64,000 bases of DNA from an uncultured Anaerolineales bacterium (GTDB lineage Bacteria > Chloroflexota > Anaerolineae > B4-G1 > SLSP01). Positions 38,776 through 48,492 of this stretch are shown here, piece after piece. Position numbers and translations under genes: made by a program. Numbering within the stretch: the stretch's first letter is position 1; the number at the start of each line of letters is the position of its first letter. The stretch lies in NCBI GenBank assembly GCA_964437445.1, contig CAYTGR010000014.1, positions 3,812 to 67,811 on the forward strand, written 5' to 3'. The notes under the pieces were generated by a model. It was not told the origin of the DNA and did not search any database. It saw only the letters and a program-made list of their open reading frames with translations.

Positions 38776-39852
38776 CTATTCCGCGTAACCCGGCTTGAGG
38801 CCCAACACCTCATAGGCCCGGATCGGCGTCGTGATCCCTTTGCCGTACAAGGGTAACACTTCCCTGGCCTCGGCAACCGCTGTAACCGCTTCATAAGTCG
38901 GGCTATCCACCAGGATCTGACCGGCTTCGGCGTTTTCCTGCAACCGCTTGGCCAGATTGGGAATATGGCCGATCACGGTATAATCCATAAACTGATCCGA
39001 CCCAATGTTGCCCACCACGGCTTCGCCAGTGCCGATCCCCACCCCCAACCCCAGCTCTCGCATCAGCGGCCGCTCCCGGCAGAGTTGGGCAAAGCGCTGT
39101 TGCATGACGCAGGCCGTAATCACTGCCTGTTGGGCACCATTGACCAGGATCAGCGGGGCCCCGTAGACCGCCATGATGGCATCCCCCAGATATTTATCCA
39201 ACATGCCGTGATGCTCAAAGACCACCGGCGTCAACCGGTTGAAAACGTAATTGAGCATTTCAATGACCTCACCCGCCTCACGGGTCTCCGAAAAGTGGGT
39301 AAAGCCCCGAATATCGGCAAAGAGCACACTGACCGTGCAGCTCCGTCCCCCCAGTTGCAGGTTCTGTTCGGGATTGCTGAGGATCTCCAGGGCGACGTCG
39401 CGGGAGACGTACCGCGTCAGCACCCGCTCCAGCAGCGCGTTTTTGACCTGCAGTTCGTCGGTCAGCTGCTTGATCCGCAACAACGAACGGACCCGGGCCA
39501 ACAGCTCCACGGCGTTGAACGGCTTAACCAAAAAGTCGTCAGCTCCGGCCTCCAGGCCCCGGACCTTGTCCTCCATTTCCCGGAGCGCGGTCAACATCAG
39601 GACGGGGATGGCCCGGCTCTCCGGTGCACTCCGCAGAGCGCGGGCCACCTCATAACCATCCAATCCCGGCATCATCACATCCAGCACCACCAGGTCAGGT
39701 AGATTCTGGTGGACCATCTCCAACGCCTGCAGCCCATCGGACGCCGTGAGCACGACATAGCCCTGCCGGGAAAGCAACGATTCCAGCAACCGGATGTTGC
39801 GTTCGTTATCGTCCACTACCAGGACCTGGGCATGTCCATCTGGGTTGGGCAT
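38776..39852 (-). CDS. Response regulator with class III adenylate/guanylate cyclase output domain
   Basis: A REC domain (VLVVDDNERNIRLL…VLDVMMPGLDG) precedes a CYCc domain (VLFADIRGFT…KYLGDAIMAVYGAP…GIGTGEAVVGNIGS). Confidence 0.85.
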   Translation of the reverse strand: MPNPDGHAQVLVVDDNERNIRLLESLLSRQGYVVLTASDGLQALEMVHQNLPDLVVLDVMMPGLDGYEVARALRSAPESRAIPVLMLTALREMEDKVRGLEAGADDFLVKPFNAVELLARVRSLLRIKQLTDELQVKNALLERVLTRYVSRDVALEILSNPEQNLQLGGRSCTVSVLFADIRGFTHFSETREAGEVIEMLNYVFNRLTPVVFEHHGMLDKYLGDAIMAVYGAPLILVNGAQQAVITACVMQQRFAQLCRERPLMRELGLGVGIGTGEAVVGNIGSDQFMDYTVIGHIPNLAKRLQENAEAGQILVDSPTYEAVTAVAEAREVLPLYGKGITTPIRAYEVLGLKPGYAE

Positions 39853-39879
39853 AATTTGTCCGTATCCCTCATCCTGAGG

Positions 39880-42800
39880 TTATCCGGCACCGCCCTCAGG
39901 ATCTGCCGGGGCAGTTTGGATGGGCAAACGGACCGTAAAGACGCTCCCCTTACCCAACTCACTGCTCACTTCAATAGTGCCGCCGTGCATCTCCACCAGA
40001 TAGCGGGTGATCGCCAGCCCCAGTCCTGTCCCCTCGGCGCGCCGCTTGCTGGAACCATCTACCTGCCGGAACTTCTCAAAGATTTGCTCCAGCTGATTAG
40101 CCGGGATGCCAATGCCGCTATCGGCGACTTCAATGCAGACCCACGGATCGCTGCGGTAGGCGCGGACCTGGACGTAGCCATGTTCGGTGAACTTCATGGC
40201 GTTGCTGATCAGGTTGTTGAGCACCTGGTTGAGCCGGATGCGGTCGGCGTGGAGCAGCGGCAGGTCTGGTTCCGATGCAATCCGCAACTCCACCGCCTCG
40301 GTCCGCTGGTACTTGCGGAGCAACCCGGTGCCGCTGGATTTCACCTCATCCAGCAGCTGGTCTACTTCTACCTCTTCCATCTTGAGCACCATGCGGCCGG
40401 CCTCAATCTTGGCCAGATCCAACACATCGTTGATCATGCTGAGCAGGTGCTGCCCGTTTTCATGGATAGCCTTGACATCTTCCAGCGTATCCCCTTCCAG
40501 CTCACCATCAATGCCCATGAGCAGCACTTCGGCGTAACCGATGATAGAGTTGAGCGGCGTCCGCAGCTCATGGCTCATGTTGGCCAGGAACTCGCTCTTT
40601 AGCCGGTCCAACTCGCGGAACCGCTCGGCCACGTGCTGAAGTTCCTCTACGTAGCCGGCATTCTGGAAGGCGGTCGCGATCTGACCGGCCAGGGTGCGGA
40701 AGACGTCCAGCTCAGCTGGGCCGAAGCGAGCCGGTTCGTCGTCCTGCACATCAAAGACGCCCAACACCCGGTCGCCGTACACAGCCGGCACCGCCACCTC
40801 CGACCGGGTAAGTGGAAGCAACGGGTTCGGCAGGTGATCGGGAGACTTGGTGACATCGTCCACCACGACAACTTCCTTGGTGCGGGCCGCCCGGGCCACC
40901 AGACTCCGTTCCGTGTTGAGCGGGATGCGGTGCCCCCGGGCTACCATGACGCGGCCAGGCTCGCCGTATCCGGCTTGCAGCACTAACTCCTGGGTCTCCT
41001 CGTCTACCACGTATACCTGGACGTGGTAGATGTCAAACCGCTCTTTGATCAAGGAGACTACCCGGCTGAACAGGGCCTGCGGATCCAGGATAGAAGCGAC
41101 CTGAGTGGAGATATCCGCCGCCGTGCGCAACTGAGCCGTCAGCCGGGCGCGCTCCTCCTCGGCCCGTTTGCGGGCGGTGATGTCGCGGATGATAGAGACA
41201 AAGCCGCTGGGCGCGCCTGTGGCATCACGCAGCAGCGCCGCGTTCATTTCCGCCTCAAACTCACTCCCGTCGCGGCGCACCATCCGGTACTCGGCCGTCT
41301 GGCTGGTGCCGGTCTCCAGAGCCCGCCGGACACTCTCGGCAGCTTTGGACCAGAAGGGGCGGGTAAAGAGCTGCATGGAGCTGCGACCCAACAGGTCGTC
41401 GCGGCCACTGTAGCCATAGAGCCGCAGCGTCGCTTCGTTCAAGTCCTCAATCTTGCCCATCATGTTGGTGACGGTGATCCCTTCGGTCATCGCGTCAAAC
41501 ATGGCCCGGATCTTCTCCGCCGCCTCACGTTGAGCCGCTTCCGCCTGGCGCTGCTGCTCAAAGAGCCGGGCACTCTGGAAGGCGTTGGCGATCTGACCGG
41601 CCAGAGTCCGGTAGACATCCAGGTCCGATTCGGTGAAGTAGTCCGCCTGATCGGATTGGACGTCAAAGACGCCCAAGAGCCGATCACCGATCATGGCCGG
41701 CACTGCCACCTCAGCCCGTGTATCGGGCAGCAGCAGGTTCGGCATGAAGTCCGGGTCCTGCGTCACATCGTTGGCCAGCGCGATCTGCCGGGTGCGAGCC
41801 GCCCGGGCTACCAGGCTTTGTTCCTGATCCAGGGTGATCTTGAAGCCCTGCTGCCGCATGATCCGTCCTACCTGGCCGTAGCCGGCTCGCAGCACCAACT
41901 CTTGGCGGGCCTCGTCCATGACATAGAAGTGGACATGGTAGAGATTAAACCGTTCTTTCAGCAGCGGGATCACCTCGTCAAGCAGCTCGTCGGTATCCAG
42001 AATGGCACCGACCTGCGCGGAGATCTCGGCCGCGGTGCTCAGCTGGGTGACAAACCGTTCCCGCTGCGCCTCTGCCCGTTTGCGTTCGGTGAGGTCAATC
42101 CCGGCACCAACCAGGTAGACCTGGTCGCCCACCGCCAGCCGTGTCCCGGTCACGAGATAGGGAACCGGGCGACCCGTCTTGCTCAGAAGATGCGCTTCCG
42201 CCTCTGCATAACCGGTGGTAAACACCTCATTCATACGGGCGACGATCAGGGCGCGATCCAGCTCGGCAATGGTGTCCAGGACCTTCACCTGGGGCATCTC
42301 GGCCGGGGTGTATCCCAACACCTCTTCATAGCGGCGGTTCCAGCGCACCAGGGAGCCGGCCTGATCATAAAGGTAGAAGATGACCGGCAAACTGTTGATC
42401 AGAGCGTTAGAGAAGTCGCGTTCGCCCGCCACCGCCGCTTCCGCCTGCTTGCGCTCCGTGATATCGCGCACGTTAGCGAGTACCATGTCGCGCCCGCCCA
42501 ACGTGACCCGGCGCAAGAAAACCTCAGCGTCAAAGGTCGTACCATCATGAGGGCGCTTGGCTTTCCATTCAAAGAGCTGCGGCTGGCCAGCCATCACCCG
42601 CTGCCAGAGAACACCCAGCTGGTCCAATGGATTGTCCGGGCTGGAGTAATCATCGGCGATGGAGAGCCGAGTGGCCTCCTCCCGGCTAACGCCGTACATC
42701 TCCAGGATTTTGTCGTTCACGTCCACGATGGCCCCCTCCGCTGTGTGCAGGAAAATGCCATCGTAAACGCTGTTAAAGACTGTGCGTAAGAGCAGTTCCG

Positions 42801-45800
42801 ACCGCTGAATTCTCTCTTCCGCCTGCTTGCGCTCGGTGATGTCGCGGACCAGAGCGAGGGCCTGATCGGTGCCGACGCGGCTCATACGGGCCTCGTAACT
42901 GTGCATGGTCTCGCCGAGGGGAGCCTCGTATTCATAAGTGACCGGTTCGCCGGTCGCCAGTACCTGCTTCAGGTACTTCAACGTTGGCTCCGCAATCTGC
43001 GGCGGCAGGACCGTCCCCAGGGGCTTGCCCAGGAAGAGCTCGGGCGGCACCAGCAGTTCCTGCCCGGCCTCGGCCTTGAAGTCCTGGAAGATGCCCGCGG
43101 CATCAAAGACGAACATCATATCAGGAACCGTCTGCAACAACGCCCGGTTACGGGCGGCACTCGCCTCGGTAGCAACGTAGAGACTGGCATTCTGGAAGGC
43201 GGTGGCGATCTGCCCGGCCAGCGCCCGGAAGACGTCCAGGTCCGCCTCGGTGAAGTAACCCGGCACATCGTGCTGCACGTCAAACACCCCGATCACCTGC
43301 CCACCCGCGATGGCCGGCACCGCCACCTCCGACCGCGTCTCCGGCAACAACGGGTTCGGCAGGAAGTCCGGCGCGGCCGTCACGTCCTCCACCACCACGA
43401 CCTCCTGCGTCCGTGCGGCGCGCGCCACCAGGCTCTTCTCCGCCTCCAGCGGGATGCTGTGCCCCCGCTCCAGCATGATCCGTCCGGGTTCCCCGTACCC
43501 GGCCCGCAACTTCAGCGCCTCGCCCTCCAGCGTGTAGACGTGCACGTAGTACAACCCAAACCGCTCTTTGATCAGCGGGATCACCGCCTGCAACAACTCG
43601 TCCGGGTCCAGGATGGACTGCACCCGTGCTGCAATCTCCGCCGCTACACTCAACCGTTGCGCAAACCGCTCCCGCTCCGCTTCCGCTTGCTTGCGCTCGG
43701 TAATGTCAAAGAAAGCGGAAAGCAGCACTGGTTCCCCCTCCAGTTCAAACGGATCAATGGAGAGGTCGCTCCAGAACATCCGGCCATCATCCAACCGCTT
43801 GAGCCGTAGCTCGTAGTGACTCAGCCGCCCCTCGGTCTGGACTGTACTCACTACCTGTTGCCGCTCCGCCGGATCATAGTAGAGATCCACCGTCGTCTGG
43901 CCGAGCATGTCGGCCGCAGACTTACCGAACATCACACTGAATTGTTCGTTGGCGTAGAGGATCGTCCCATCAGCCACGCGGCTCACCACCAGACTTACCG
44001 GCACGGTCCCCAACACCTGCCGCTGCCGTGCCTCCGCCTCCCGGAGCGCCTGCTCGGCCCGCTTGCGCTCCGTGACGTCTTCAAAGGTGCCATCCAGATA
44101 CTCGGGTTGGCCCGCAGCATCGTAAACCAGGCGGCCACTGAGCGCAATGGTGATCACGCTACCATCGGCACGGCGGAACAGTACTTCAAAGTCGGTGACC
44201 GGACCCTGGGCCAGCGTCTCCAACAGCCGCTGGCGTTCCTGGGGATCAACATAGAGGTTGGACAACCCAACCTTATTGATCGCCGCCACCGAATCAAAGC
44301 CGAGAATGCGTAACATGGCCGGGTTGGCGGCCACTACCTGCCCGGCCGGGGTCGTGCGGAAGATGCCGACCAGCGCGCTATTCACCAACTCCTGGAATCT
44401 ACTCGCCGCCTCCGCCGCCCGCTCCCGCAATTGCGCCGCTTGCAGCGCGACCGCCCCCTCTTCTACCAACGCCCGATACAACGCCAGTTTGGCCTCATCA
44501 AAATACCCCGGAATGGCCGCGGCCAGAGAGAGCACTCCCAACCATTCCTCGCCCGCGGTAATCGGCAACAGCGCCAGGCTGGCCGAGCCCTGCTGCACCA
44601 GCAACTGCCGCGTCGCCTCATCCAAATGCGGATCGGTGGTCGCATCGGCAATCACAAAAGACCGATCCCGCCCGACCGCTCTGAGCAACGGCAGTTGTTT
44701 GGCCGTGAAGCGCGTACCCAAGGGAATGACCGCCGAAAGGCCGCTCTCCGCCCCTGCTGCCCGCACCAACACCGTGGTCAGCTCTTCCGCCGTAGCGTCT
44801 ATCAGGTGCAGCGTCACCCGTGCCGCCGGGAAAATGGTGGCCTGTTCCGCCAGCGTATCCAACACGGCCGCCTCGGTCTGGGCTCCCGCCAGGGCCTGGC
44901 TGATGCGCAGCCGCAACTGCGCTTCGGTGTACAACTGCGCGTTCTGGAAAGCGGTGGCGATCTGCCCGGCCAGCGCCCGGAAGACGTCCAGGTCCGCCTC
45001 GGTGAAGTAACCCGGCACATCGTGCTGCACGTCAAACACCCCGATCACCTGCCCACCCGCGATGGCCGGCACCGCCACCTCCGACCGCGTCTCCGGCAAC
45101 AACGGGTTCGGCAGGAAGTCCGGCGCGGCCGTCACGTCCTCCACCACCACGACCTCCTGCGTCCGTGCGGCGCGCGCCACCAGGCTCTTCTCCGCCTCCA
45201 GCGGGATGCTGTGCCCCCGCTCCAGCATGATCCGTCCGGGTTCCCCGTACCCGGCCCGCAACTTCAGCGCCTCGCCCTCCAGCGTGTAGACGTGCACGTA
45301 GTACAACCCAAACCGCTCTTTGATCAGCGGGATCACCGCCTGCAACAACTCGTCCGGGTCCAGGATGGACTGCACCCGCGCTGCGATCTCCGCCGCTACA
45401 CTTAATCGCTGCGTGTACCGTTCACGCTCCTCATCCGCCTGCTTGCGTTGGATGACCTGCCACAGCCCGGTCGCCAGCAACGTCAATTGCTGCACATCGC
45501 TGTCCGTATAGTCTTCTGGCTTGTTGCCTACCCCCACCACCATGACGATGTGTTCCCCGTCAAAGATCGGGGCATTCATGTGCCGCTTGACTTCTACGTG
45601 CCCCTGAGGATAGCCGCGCTTCCAGGGGTTGGGCTCGTCGTAATCGTTAGTGATAATGGCTCGCCGCTGGCGTATCGCCTCTCCCCACAGCCCGGTCGTG
45701 ACTACTGGATATACAATCGGCTTATCAATGATCTTGCACTGCGCCATGGCTCCACCCGACCAGGCATGCATGGTCATCACCGATTCATCGGCATTAACAA

Positions 45801-48366
45801 ATGCCAGGTAACTAATAGGGCTGTCGGTAATGTGCCCAAACTCTTCAATGGCGTAATCCAGGATCTCCTTGAGCGGCGCCTCCGCCATCTGGCTCAACCG
45901 CAACAGTGCTCGCTGGCGGATGTCATCCAACTGCATCGCTTTCTCCGCCTGCTTGCGCTCGGTGATATCCAGGAAGGCCCCCTGCGTGGCCGGCCGCCCC
46001 TCGTAGCTGATGATGGAGCTGTACATCATCACATCCATGGCGGTCCCGTCCTTGCGCAGCAAACGGGACTCGTAAGTATCTGGCACCGCTTCACCGGCAA
46101 CACGCTGGCGAGCAATGGTCCCCACTCGCTCTCGCTCATCGGGATGGATCAAGTCCAAAATAGAGCGGCCAGCCACTTCCGCCGGATCACTGTACCCCAA
46201 CAGGCGCGCGGCCTCATGGCCCAGGTATTTGATAATCCCATCTTGATGGACGAAAATCCCCACCGCAATGTTGTCCGCTAAAACCCGGAACTTTTCCTCC
46301 GATTCCCGCAACGCCTGCTCGGCCGCTTTCCGTTCGGTAACATCGCGGCTGTTCACCACAATGCCGGCAATGCCCGCTACGGTAGAAGCCTGTGCCGAGC
46401 CTTCCATGGTGCGCCAGGAGCCGTCTTTATGGCGGAAGATGTACTCGGCGTGAACTACTGCTCCCGGCTGCTGGCCTATCCCGGCCAGCAAAGCAGCGAT
46501 CCCCGGCACGGTTTCCGGCGGGATGAATTCCACGACTGAACGGCCAATCAGTTCCTCCGGTTCATAGCCCAGGATGCGTTTGAGGGAGGGGCTTTGGTAA
46601 GCAATCAGGCCTTCAGGGCTGACAATGGTGATCAGATCGGAGGAGTTCTCAATCAGCGCCCGGAACCGCTGTTCATTCTCGTGCAGGGCGGCCTCCGCCT
46701 GGACCCGGTCGGTGATATCGGTGATCAGGCCCTCCAAAGCAACAACGTTGCCTTCTTCATCCTCAATGCCACGTCCCTGCTCCCACACCCAACGGATGGT
46801 GCCATCGCGGTGCACAATACGGTAGGTAGCCTGGTAAGGTTGGTGGGCCTGAAGCGCGGCCTGAACCGTTTCCCAAACAGCGTTCTGATCTTCGGGATAG
46901 ATGAGATCCCCAAAGGAGATTTCTCCGCCCAGCATCAACGCTTCAGGGGCGTAACCAGTGAGCGCCAGGCTGCCCTCACTGACAAACTCTGCCGGCCAGT
47001 CCGGCCGGTTCAACATCCGATAAACCATGCCGACCAGGTTCCCCATCAGGGTCGTCAGACGGCGCTGGCTTTCACGCACAGTGGCCTCCGCCTGCCGCTG
47101 CGCCTCAAACAGTTGCGCGTTTTCCAAGGCCACCGCAATCTGCCCGGCCAGCGTTCGGAAGACATCCAGGTCCGCCTCGGTGAAGTAACCAGGAGTATCA
47201 TGCTGGACGTCAAAAACGCCCAATACTTTGCCTCCCGCGATGGCCGGCACGGCCACTTCCGATTTCGTTTGGGGGAGCAAGGGGTTGGGCAGGAAATCCG
47301 GCTCAGCCGTCACATCGTTTACCAGTACCGGGACCTGAGTCCGGGCAGCGCGGGCTACCAGGCTCTGCTCGGCCAACAACGGGATGCGGTGTCCCTGCGC
47401 CACCATGATCCGCCCCGGTTCACCGTAGCCGGCCCGTAGCTCCAGCGTTTCGCCTTCCAGCGTGTAAACATGCACGTAGTAGAGCCCGAACCGCTCCTTG
47501 ATCAACGGGATCACCGCCTGCAACAACTCATCCGGATCCAGGATGGACTGCACCCGCGCCGCGATCTCTGCCGCCACACTTAACTGCCGGGTATACCGCT
47601 CCCGTTCGGCTTCTGCTCGTTTGCGCTCGGTAATATCTTTGACGGTCCCCAAACTGGCAACCTGTCCGCCCAGCTGCACCAGGCCGACGGTCATATTGAC
47701 ATCCACGCGGGTGACCCCATCCTTGCGCAGCATCCGCCACTCGTAAGCGGGCGGCACCGGTTCACCGGCCTGCCGGCGCCGATAGCTCTCCGCCACTTTC
47801 GGCAGATCCTCCGGCGCAATCAACCGGGTGAATTCCATCCCGATGATTTCCTCCACGGTGTACCCGACAATGTCAGCAAAGGCCTGGTTGGCAAAGATCA
47901 TCTTCGCGTTTTGGATGATAAAAACGCCATCCTGGATATTTTCTGCCAACACGCGGTATTGAGATTCTGACTGGGCGAGGGCTATTTCGGCCTGTTTGTG
48001 TTCGGTGATATCCATCAAGGTAGTCAAATAAGCCGCTTCGCCCTGATAAGTGACCGCCTGTACAACCAGCGATAACCAGACCGGACTGCCATCGCTCAAC
48101 CGCCGGCCCCGCATTTCATAATCCTGCACCAGGCCGCGTTCCTGCAAAGTCGCCAACAACGCTGTGCGCTCGGCCGGATCGTAATAGAAATCTGGCGTGA
48201 CATGGCCGACCAGCTCGGCCGGCGGTTTGCCGGCCAGCGCCCCAAAGCGCTCATTGGCGTACAAAACCTGACCGTCCTCGCGGCGGCTGATCAGCGCCGC
48301 GACCGGTAAGGCCTCCAGCAGCCAATACTGCTGTTCAATCTCCTTGTTGACCTCAACAGCGTTCAT
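39880..48366 (-). CDS. Giant (2828-aa) multi-PAS/multi-GAF sensor histidine kinase
   Basis: About 9 PAS/PAC and about 6-7 GAF domains (GAF openers such as ERERYTRQLSVAAEIAARVQSILDPDELL recur five times) are followed by HisKA (NMSHELRTPLNSIIGY) and HATPase_c (DSGIGIP…GTGLGLAI). There is no REC domain. Long near-identical internal DNA repeats are present. Confidence 0.85.
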   Translation of the reverse strand: MNAVEVNKEIEQQYWLLEALPVAALISRREDGQVLYANERFGALAGKPPAELVGHVTPDFYYDPAERTALLATLQERGLVQDYEMRGRRLSDGSPVWLSLVVQAVTYQGEAAYLTTLMDITEHKQAEIALAQSESQYRVLAENIQDGVFIIQNAKMIFANQAFADIVGYTVEEIIGMEFTRLIAPEDLPKVAESYRRRQAGEPVPPAYEWRMLRKDGVTRVDVNMTVGLVQLGGQVASLGTVKDITERKRAEAERERYTRQLSVAAEIAARVQSILDPDELLQAVIPLIKERFGLYYVHVYTLEGETLELRAGYGEPGRIMVAQGHRIPLLAEQSLVARAARTQVPVLVNDVTAEPDFLPNPLLPQTKSEVAVPAIAGGKVLGVFDVQHDTPGYFTEADLDVFRTLAGQIAVALENAQLFEAQRQAEATVRESQRRLTTLMGNLVGMVYRMLNRPDWPAEFVSEGSLALTGYAPEALMLGGEISFGDLIYPEDQNAVWETVQAALQAHQPYQATYRIVHRDGTIRWVWEQGRGIEDEEGNVVALEGLITDITDRVQAEAALHENEQRFRALIENSSDLITIVSPEGLIAYQSPSLKRILGYEPEELIGRSVVEFIPPETVPGIAALLAGIGQQPGAVVHAEYIFRHKDGSWRTMEGSAQASTVAGIAGIVVNSRDVTERKAAEQALRESEEKFRVLADNIAVGIFVHQDGIIKYLGHEAARLLGYSDPAEVAGRSILDLIHPDERERVGTIARQRVAGEAVPDTYESRLLRKDGTAMDVMMYSSIISYEGRPATQGAFLDITERKQAEKAMQLDDIRQRALLRLSQMAEAPLKEILDYAIEEFGHITDSPISYLAFVNADESVMTMHAWSGGAMAQCKIIDKPIVYPVVTTGLWGEAIRQRRAIITNDYDEPNPWKRGYPQGHVEVKRHMNAPIFDGEHIVMVVGVGNKPEDYTDSDVQQLTLLATGLWQVIQRKQADEERERYTQRLSVAAEIAARVQSILDPDELLQAVIPLIKERFGLYYVHVYTLEGEALKLRAGYGEPGRIMLERGHSIPLEAEKSLVARAARTQEVVVVEDVTAAPDFLPNPLLPETRSEVAVPAIAGGQVIGVFDVQHDVPGYFTEADLDVFRALAGQIATAFQNAQLYTEAQLRLRISQALAGAQTEAAVLDTLAEQATIFPAARVTLHLIDATAEELTTVLVRAAGAESGLSAVIPLGTRFTAKQLPLLRAVGRDRSFVIADATTDPHLDEATRQLLVQQGSASLALLPITAGEEWLGVLSLAAAIPGYFDEAKLALYRALVEEGAVALQAAQLRERAAEAASRFQELVNSALVGIFRTTPAGQVVAANPAMLRILGFDSVAAINKVGLSNLYVDPQERQRLLETLAQGPVTDFEVLFRRADGSVITIALSGRLVYDAAGQPEYLDGTFEDVTERKRAEQALREAEARQRQVLGTVPVSLVVSRVADGTILYANEQFSVMFGKSAADMLGQTTVDLYYDPAERQQVVSTVQTEGRLSHYELRLKRLDDGRMFWSDLSIDPFELEGEPVLLSAFFDITERKQAEAERERFAQRLSVAAEIAARVQSILDPDELLQAVIPLIKERFGLYYVHVYTLEGEALKLRAGYGEPGRIMLERGHSIPLEAEKSLVARAARTQEVVVVEDVTAAPDFLPNPLLPETRSEVAVPAIAGGQVIGVFDVQHDVPGYFTEADLDVFRALAGQIATAFQNASLYVATEASAARNRALLQTVPDMMFVFDAAGIFQDFKAEAGQELLVPPELFLGKPLGTVLPPQIAEPTLKYLKQVLATGEPVTYEYEAPLGETMHSYEARMSRVGTDQALALVRDITERKQAEERIQRSELLLRTVFNSVYDGIFLHTAEGAIVDVNDKILEMYGVSREEATRLSIADDYSSPDNPLDQLGVLWQRVMAGQPQLFEWKAKRPHDGTTFDAEVFLRRVTLGGRDMVLANVRDITERKQAEAAVAGERDFSNALINSLPVIFYLYDQAGSLVRWNRRYEEVLGYTPAEMPQVKVLDTIAELDRALIVARMNEVFTTGYAEAEAHLLSKTGRPVPYLVTGTRLAVGDQVYLVGAGIDLTERKRAEAQRERFVTQLSTAAEISAQVGAILDTDELLDEVIPLLKERFNLYHVHFYVMDEARQELVLRAGYGQVGRIMRQQGFKITLDQEQSLVARAARTRQIALANDVTQDPDFMPNLLLPDTRAEVAVPAMIGDRLLGVFDVQSDQADYFTESDLDVYRTLAGQIANAFQSARLFEQQRQAEAAQREAAEKIRAMFDAMTEGITVTNMMGKIEDLNEATLRLYGYSGRDDLLGRSSMQLFTRPFWSKAAESVRRALETGTSQTAEYRMVRRDGSEFEAEMNAALLRDATGAPSGFVSIIRDITARKRAEEERARLTAQLRTAADISTQVASILDPQALFSRVVSLIKERFDIYHVQVYVVDEETQELVLQAGYGEPGRVMVARGHRIPLNTERSLVARAARTKEVVVVDDVTKSPDHLPNPLLPLTRSEVAVPAVYGDRVLGVFDVQDDEPARFGPAELDVFRTLAGQIATAFQNAGYVEELQHVAERFRELDRLKSEFLANMSHELRTPLNSIIGYAEVLLMGIDGELEGDTLEDVKAIHENGQHLLSMINDVLDLAKIEAGRMVLKMEEVEVDQLLDEVKSSGTGLLRKYQRTEAVELRIASEPDLPLLHADRIRLNQVLNNLISNAMKFTEHGYVQVRAYRSDPWVCIEVADSGIGIPANQLEQIFEKFRQVDGSSKRRAEGTGLGLAITRYLVEMHGGTIEVSSELGKGSVFTVRLPIQTAPADPEGGAG
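43181..43650. repeat. Intragenic direct repeat copy A (~470 bp, near-identical to 44933-45402)
   Basis: Identical antisense ORF translations at 43310-43537 and 45062-45289. Direct comparison shows only a handful of mismatches near the ends. Confidence 0.85.
44933..45402. repeat. Intragenic direct repeat copy B (1752-bp offset from copy A)
   Basis: As above; it encodes a duplicated GAF-PAS module of the kinase. Confidence 0.85.
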
Positions 48367-48492
48367 ATAGATCCACTCCTTTGCTTCTACTGGCGAAAGC
48401 AGTAAACGTCCTGGTAAAATGATGAGTTCAAACTATTTTCTATCATACAACAAATCAGCGGCCTTGTCCGTTCCAGTTCCGTTAAGGCACAA

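Noticed and set aside
41023-42789. 588-aa plus-strand ORF, and many other 60-360-aa ORFs, antisense to the 2828-aa kinase gene
   Set aside because: They lie entirely inside a well-supported minus-strand gene. They are rich in Arg, Gly and Pro, which is typical of antisense frames in high-GC DNA, and have no domains.
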